10,404 nucleotides of DNA from Deferrisomatales bacterium (GTDB taxonomy: Bacteria > Desulfobacterota > Deferrisomatia > Deferrisomatales > JACRMM01), in assembly GCA_033551855.1 (NCBI GenBank), contig JAWSUI010000088.1, forward strand, positions 1 through 10,404, written 5' to 3'. The position numbers and the translations under genes are program-made. Positions within the stretch are counted from its first letter, which is position 1, and each line of letters starts with the position of its first letter. Under the pieces are notes generated by a model. It saw nothing but the letters and a program-made list of their open reading frames with translations. It did no database searches and was not told the DNA's origin. Of this stretch, positions 5,375 through 10,404 are shown one piece after another.

Positions 5375-8008
5375 ATGGGCCGACGCATCACCGAATTCGC
5401 CGTAAAGCATCCCAAGCTCGTCCTCTTCCTCGCCCTCCTCGTGACCGCCGCGACCCTGGTGCGGGCAGGCAATCTCCGGGTGGACACCGACCCGGAGAAC
5501 ATGCTCGACGAGGACGAGGAAGTGCGGATCTTCCACAACGAGGTCAAACGGGCCTTCGACCTCTCCGACATGCTCGTCCTGGGCGTGGTCAACGAGACCC
5601 ACCCCGACGGGGTGTTCAACCCCGAGACGTTGGGAAAGGTGTACCGGATCACCCAGGGCGCTCGGGCTATCGACGGCGTGGTGGTGGCCGACCTCATGGC
5701 CCCCAGCACCGTGGACGACATCCTTCAGGCGGGGCCGGGGGCGGTGCGGTTCCGGTACCTGATGGAGCGCCCCCCCGAGACCCGGGAGGAGGCGCTCCAC
5801 CTGCGGGACCGGGCCATGGCAAACCCGCTTCTCCACGGCACCCTGGTGAGCGAGGACGGCAAGGCGCTCGCCCTGTACGTGCCCATCGTGGAAAAGAAGA
5901 TCGCCCACCGGGTGGGGGAGGAGCTGCGGGCGCTGGTGGCCGCCGAGCCCCCCGGCGGCGAGGCATACCACCTGACGGGGCTCCCCGTGGCCGAGGACAC
6001 CTTCGGGGTGGAGATGTTCCGCCAGATGGCCGTTTCCGCTCCCCTGGCCGGGCTCGTGATCTTCCTCCTCCTGCTCTTCTTCTTCCGGAAGCTCACCCTC
6101 GTGGTGGCCCCCATGGTGGTGGCCCTGCTCACCGTGGTCGCGACCATGGGGGCGCTGGTGAGCACGGGGAACACGGTCCACATCATGAGCTCCATGATCC
6201 CCATCTTCCTCATGCCCATCGCGGTGGTGGACTCGGTCCACATCCTGTCGATGTTCTTCGACCGGTACCAGCTCTTCAAAGACCGGGCCCGCACGCTGCA
6301 CGCGGTGATGGAGGAGCTCTTCGCACCCATGCTCTACACGAGCCTCACCACGTTTGCGGGGTTTGCGAGCCTGGCCCTCACTCCCATCCCCCCGGTGCAG
6401 GTGTTCGGGCTCTTCGTGGGGCTGGGCGTGGGCTTGGCGTGGCTCCTCACGGTGACGGTCGTGCCCGCCTACATCCTGCTCTTCATCCCCGAGCGCGCCC
6501 TGGAGAGCTTCGGCGCCACCGCCCACGGGGCCGACGACGAGGGCCACTCGCCCCTGGCCCGCCTGATGGTGTGGACCGGGCGGATCACCCAGCAGCACGC
6601 CAAGGCATGGCTCGCGCTCACCGCGGGCGTGATCGCGCTGTCGGTCTGGGGGATCAGCCGCATCCAGATCAACGACAACCCGGTGAAGTGGTTCGTGCCG
6701 AGCCACCCCATCCGTGTGGCCGACGAAGTCCTGAACCGGCACTTCGGGGGCACGTACGAGGCCTATCTGGTCTTCGAGCCTCCGGCCTCGGCCGGCGAGC
6801 TGGACCGGGAGCTCGCCGGGGTGCGCCGCTGGCTCGAAGAGGCCCGGGCCGAGGCCTCCCCGGCGGGGGCCGAGGTCGTGCGGGAACTGGCCCTTCGCCT
6901 CGAAGCCCTGGCGGCCGAGCAGGCCCGGGCCGAGCGCCCGAATCCGGCGGCCGTGCTCGACGGGCTCGTGGTGACCCTGGGCGATCTGGCCGCGCAGGCC
7001 CCCGGGGAGCTGGCCGAGGAGGTCGAGCTCCTGGCCGAGGACCTGGAAGACCGGCGCACCGAGCTGCACACGTTCAAGGATCCGAAGGTGCTGCGCTGGG
7101 TGGAGGGGCTCCAGGAGCACCTGGCGTCCCACCGCATCGTGGGCAAGTCCAACGGCCTCACGGACGTGGTGAAGAAGGTCCACGGGGAGCTCTTCGAGGG
7201 CCGGGCCGAGGCGTTTCGCATCCCCGACTCGCCCGCGGCGGTGGCCCAGACGATCCTCTCCTACCAGTCGAGCCACAACCCGGAGCACGTGTGGCATCTG
7301 GTGACCCCCGACTTCCGGCACCTGAACCTGTGGGTCCAGCTCCAAAGCGGCGACAACAAGGACATGGAGGCGGTGCTCGGCGAGGTGGAGGCCTACCTCG
7401 CCGCCAACCCCCCGCCCCTGCCCCTGGACCACGCCTGGGCGGGGCTCACGTACCTAAACGTGGTCTGGCAGGACCGGATGGTGAAGGGCATGCTCACCAG
7501 CCTCCTGGGGAGCTTCGCCGTGGTCCTGGTGATGATGACGCTCCTCTTCCGCTCGGTGCTCTGGGGGCTCCTGTCCATGATCCCGCTCTCGGTGACCATC
7601 GCCTTCATCTACGGCCTGATCGGCCTCGTGGGCAAGGACTACGACATGCCCGTGGCGGTGCTCTCGAGCCTCACGCTCGGCATGAGCATCGACTTCGCCA
7701 TCCACTACCTCCAGCGATGCCGCGAGTGCTACCGGGATTCCGGCTCCTGGGCCCGCGCGGCGGAGCTCATGTCGCTGGCGCCCTCCCGGGCCATCGCCCG
7801 CAACGCCGTGGTGATCGCGGTGGGCTTCTTGCCCCTGCTCCTGGCCCCGCTGGTTCCCTATCGCACCGTGGGCTTCTTCCTGGCCACCATCATGGGGGTC
7901 TCGGCGGTGGCCACGGTGGTCATCCTGCCGTCGCTCGCCAAGCTGCTCCAGGCGCGGCTCTTTCGCGGAGAAGCCTCGGCGTGCGAGATCAAGACTCAAG
8001 CGGCCTGA
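5375..8008 (+). CDS. MMPL-family / RND superfamily transporter permease (877 aa)
   Basis: RBS GAGGGA before ATG 5375. Duplicated architecture (1 TM + periplasmic domain + 5 TM, twice) with family motifs 'VDTDPENML', 'TGLPVAEDTFGVEMF', TM4 'IAVVDSVH', 'INDNPVKWF' and TM10 'LGMSIDFAIHY'. Confidence 0.92.
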   Translation: MGRRITEFAVKHPKLVLFLALLVTAATLVRAGNLRVDTDPENMLDEDEEVRIFHNEVKRAFDLSDMLVLGVVNETHPDGVFNPETLGKVYRITQGARAIDGVVVADLMAPSTVDDILQAGPGAVRFRYLMERPPETREEALHLRDRAMANPLLHGTLVSEDGKALALYVPIVEKKIAHRVGEELRALVAAEPPGGEAYHLTGLPVAEDTFGVEMFRQMAVSAPLAGLVIFLLLLFFFRKLTLVVAPMVVALLTVVATMGALVSTGNTVHIMSSMIPIFLMPIAVVDSVHILSMFFDRYQLFKDRARTLHAVMEELFAPMLYTSLTTFAGFASLALTPIPPVQVFGLFVGLGVGLAWLLTVTVVPAYILLFIPERALESFGATAHGADDEGHSPLARLMVWTGRITQQHAKAWLALTAGVIALSVWGISRIQINDNPVKWFVPSHPIRVADEVLNRHFGGTYEAYLVFEPPASAGELDRELAGVRRWLEEARAEASPAGAEVVRELALRLEALAAEQARAERPNPAAVLDGLVVTLGDLAAQAPGELAEEVELLAEDLEDRRTELHTFKDPKVLRWVEGLQEHLASHRIVGKSNGLTDVVKKVHGELFEGRAEAFRIPDSPAAVAQTILSYQSSHNPEHVWHLVTPDFRHLNLWVQLQSGDNKDMEAVLGEVEAYLAANPPPLPLDHAWAGLTYLNVVWQDRMVKGMLTSLLGSFAVVLVMMTLLFRSVLWGLLSMIPLSVTIAFIYGLIGLVGKDYDMPVAVLSSLTLGMSIDFAIHYLQRCRECYRDSGSWARAAELMSLAPSRAIARNAVVIAVGFLPLLLAPLVPYRTVGFFLATIMGVSAVATVVILPSLAKLLQARLFRGEASACEIKTQAA

Positions 8009-8034
8009 CCCGAGCCGCGGAAGGAGAGAGCCCA

Positions 8035-8820
8035 ATGCAACGACGATGGATTGCCCTTGCTCTGGCCGCCGCCCTCGGGCCCGGCGCCGCCCTCGCCCTG
8101 ACCGTCGAGGAGATCGTGGACCGGGCCAACCGGGCCTCCTTCTACGCCGGCGACGACGGCATCGCCCGAGCCACCATGGTCATCTCGGACCGGCAAGACC
8201 GCACCCGGGAGCGGGAGCTCACGATCCTGCGAAAGGACGTGGAGGACGGCGGCGAGCAGCTCTACTACGTGTACTTTCACAGGCCCGGCGACGTGCGTCG
8301 CACGGTCTTCCTGGTGCACAAGCGCGTGGGGCGCGACGACGACCGCTGGCTCTACCTGCCGGCCCTGGACCTGGTGCGCCGCATTGCGGCCTCGGACAAG
8401 AGAACGAGCTTCGTGGGCTCCCACTTTTTTTACGAGGACGTCTCGGGCCGCTCCCCCGCCGACGACACCCACACCCTGGTCGAGGAGACGGCCGAGCACT
8501 ACGTGCTCGACAACGTCCCCAAGGACCCGAGGAGCGTCGAGTTCGCCCGCTACCGGGTCTGGATCGACAAGGAGACCTTCCTGCCCATGGCCGCCGAGTA
8601 CACGGACGCGCAGGGCAAGGTGTACCGGCGCATGGAGGTGCTGGAGGTGAAGGACGTGGGGGGCTACCCCACGGCAACGAAGGCCCGCATTGAAGACCGC
8701 AACACCGGCGGAAGCACGCTCCTGGCCTTCGACGAGGTGGCCTACGACCAGGGCATCTCCGCCGATATCTTCACCGAGCGCTACCTGCGCACCCCCCCGC
8801 GGGAGTACATACGGCGCTGA
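8035..8820 (+). CDS. LolA-like periplasmic protein ('outer membrane lipoprotein-sorting protein' family, 261 aa)
   Basis: RBS AAGGAG before ATG 8035, and a Sec signal peptide ending ALA. Family motifs 'FHRPGDVRRTVFL', 'DDRWLYLPALDLVRRIAASDKRTSFVGSHFFYED', 'VWIDKETFLP' and 'IFTERYL'. Confidence 0.9.
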   Translation: MQRRWIALALAAALGPGAALALTVEEIVDRANRASFYAGDDGIARATMVISDRQDRTRERELTILRKDVEDGGEQLYYVYFHRPGDVRRTVFLVHKRVGRDDDRWLYLPALDLVRRIAASDKRTSFVGSHFFYEDVSGRSPADDTHTLVEETAEHYVLDNVPKDPRSVEFARYRVWIDKETFLPMAAEYTDAQGKVYRRMEVLEVKDVGGYPTATKARIEDRNTGGSTLLAFDEVAYDQGISADIFTERYLRTPPREYIRR

Positions 8821-8914
8821 TGCGCGTCGCACGTGGCGGGTTGGCGGGAGTCCGTGCCTGCCCCTGCAGGTCGGTGGCCACCCATGCCCGCCCTTTCTGC
8901 GCCGAGAGGTCCCC

Positions 8915-10132
8915 ATGCGCCGCGCCCTCCTTTTCCTGGCCGTCCTCCTCGCCGCCGGCCCCGCCGCCGCCGTCGAGCTCCCCTTCCACGGGTTCCTCGA
9001 GGTGGCGGGGGGCACGCGGGTGGTGGATGACGCCACTGCCCGGGACGACGTGCTCCTCCAGGAGGCCCGTTTTCAGCTCGATTTTCTTCGGGACGGAGAC
9101 CGGGGGACCTTGGCGTTACGGGCCGACTTCGTCCACGACGCGGTGGACCGGGAGAGCCGGGTGGAGATCCGGGAGGCCAACGTCGTCCTCTTGCCCTGGG
9201 AGAGCGTGGACCTTAAGGCCGGCCGCCAGGTGCTCACCTGGGGGACCGGCGATCTCATCTTCATCAACGACCTCTTCCCCAAGGACTGGCAGAGCTTCTT
9301 CCTGGGGCGCGACGACGAATACCTGAAGAAGCCGAGCGACGCCCTGCGCGCCACGTGGTTCGGCGGGTGGGCCAACCTGGACCTGGCCTGGACCCCGGTC
9401 TTTGCTCCCGACGACTTCATCTCGGGCGAACGGCTCTCCTATTGGAACGCCGGGGCCGGGCGGCGATTCGGGCCTCGGGATCCGGAGATCGACCCCGCCG
9501 ATCCACCCAAGACCCTGGGGAACGGGACCCTCGCAGGAAGGTTGTACCGCAACTTCTCCGGTTGGGAGACCGCCCTCTACGGGTACCGGGGCCGGTACGG
9601 CCAGCCCAAGGGGTTCGACCCCGGGGCGGGGGAGGCTTTCTTTCCGCGCCTGGAGGCGTGGGGGGCGAGCGCCCGGGGAGCCGTCGCGGGGGGCATCGCC
9701 AACGCCGAGGCCGCGTGGTACCGGAGCCTGGACGACCCGGGCGGCAACGACCCCAACCGCCCCAACGACGAGCTGCGCGCTCTGCTGGGCTACACCCGGG
9801 AGGTGCTTTCCGAGCAGAGTCTCGGCCTCCAAGCCTACCTGGAGCGCGCGCTCCAGCACCCCGCCCCCGGCTTTACCGACCAGAACCGCTGGTGGCTCAC
9901 GGCCCGCTACACCGGCTTCTTCCTCCAGCAGAACCTCACCCTGTCCCTGTTTGCCTTCTACTCCCCCAGCGAGGACGACGCCTATCTTCGGCCCAAGGCC
10001 GCCTACAAGCTCTCCGACGAGGTCCTCGTCACCCTCGGCGCCAACGTCTTCCTCGGCGCCCACGACGACACCTTTTTCGGCCAGTTCGAGGACAATACCA
10101 ACGTCTACGCCCGGGTCCGGTACAGCTTTTGA
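8915..10132 (+). CDS. Outer-membrane beta-barrel protein (DUF1302-like, 405 aa)
   Basis: RBS GAGAGG before ATG 8915, a signal peptide, and 'IREANV...DLKAGRQVLTWGTGD'. Many alternating amphipathic strands and a C-terminal BAM beta-signal 'NVYARVRYSF'. Confidence 0.85.
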   Translation: MRRALLFLAVLLAAGPAAAVELPFHGFLEVAGGTRVVDDATARDDVLLQEARFQLDFLRDGDRGTLALRADFVHDAVDRESRVEIREANVVLLPWESVDLKAGRQVLTWGTGDLIFINDLFPKDWQSFFLGRDDEYLKKPSDALRATWFGGWANLDLAWTPVFAPDDFISGERLSYWNAGAGRRFGPRDPEIDPADPPKTLGNGTLAGRLYRNFSGWETALYGYRGRYGQPKGFDPGAGEAFFPRLEAWGASARGAVAGGIANAEAAWYRSLDDPGGNDPNRPNDELRALLGYTREVLSEQSLGLQAYLERALQHPAPGFTDQNRWWLTARYTGFFLQQNLTLSLFAFYSPSEDDAYLRPKAAYKLSDEVLVTLGANVFLGAHDDTFFGQFEDNTNVYARVRYSF

Positions 10133-10217
10133 GGAAGCTGAGGAATCGCGTGAGGGTCGCGGGCGATGACTCCGCCCCGAGTGTTGCCCGAAGCCGGGTT
10201 GCCCTACCATGGGTCCC

Positions 10218-10404
<187 letters not shown>

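Noticed and set aside
5366..5375. AGGGACACCA resembles the tRNA-Glu 3' end (AGGGACCGCCA), a possible attR
   Set aside because: Too short and mismatched, and it is explained as the RBS-to-start region of the MMPL gene.
4954..8820. 1288-aa ORF in the supplied track
   Set aside because: Only the last 261 aa (from ATG 8035, with its own RBS and signal peptide) look real. The rest is an Arg/Gly/Pro-rich off-frame shadow of the MMPL gene, typical of high-GC DNA.

Overview
High-GC bacterial chromosomal window; gene style and content suggest Desulfobacterota/deltaproteobacteria (inference only). On the + strand in order: the 3' end of a TonB/TolA-type gene, rlpA, a GNAT-like hypothetical protein, an orphan FlaG-like protein, a GT2 glucosylglycerate-synthase-like gene, and a tRNA-Gln(CTG)/tRNA-Glu(CTC) pair with its promoter and terminator. 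An ~870-bp accessory-looking gap follows, carrying a small minus-strand membrane protein and possible gene remnants. Then comes a three-gene trans-envelope module (MMPL/RND permease, LolA-like periplasmic protein, outer-membrane beta-barrel) and the 5' end of lipoyl synthase lipA, which looks leaderless. The best candidate for an undescribed system is the MMPL/LolA-like/barrel module, whose permease has an extra helical segment and whose substrate is unknown. All calls come from motif recognition by eye; no searches were run.
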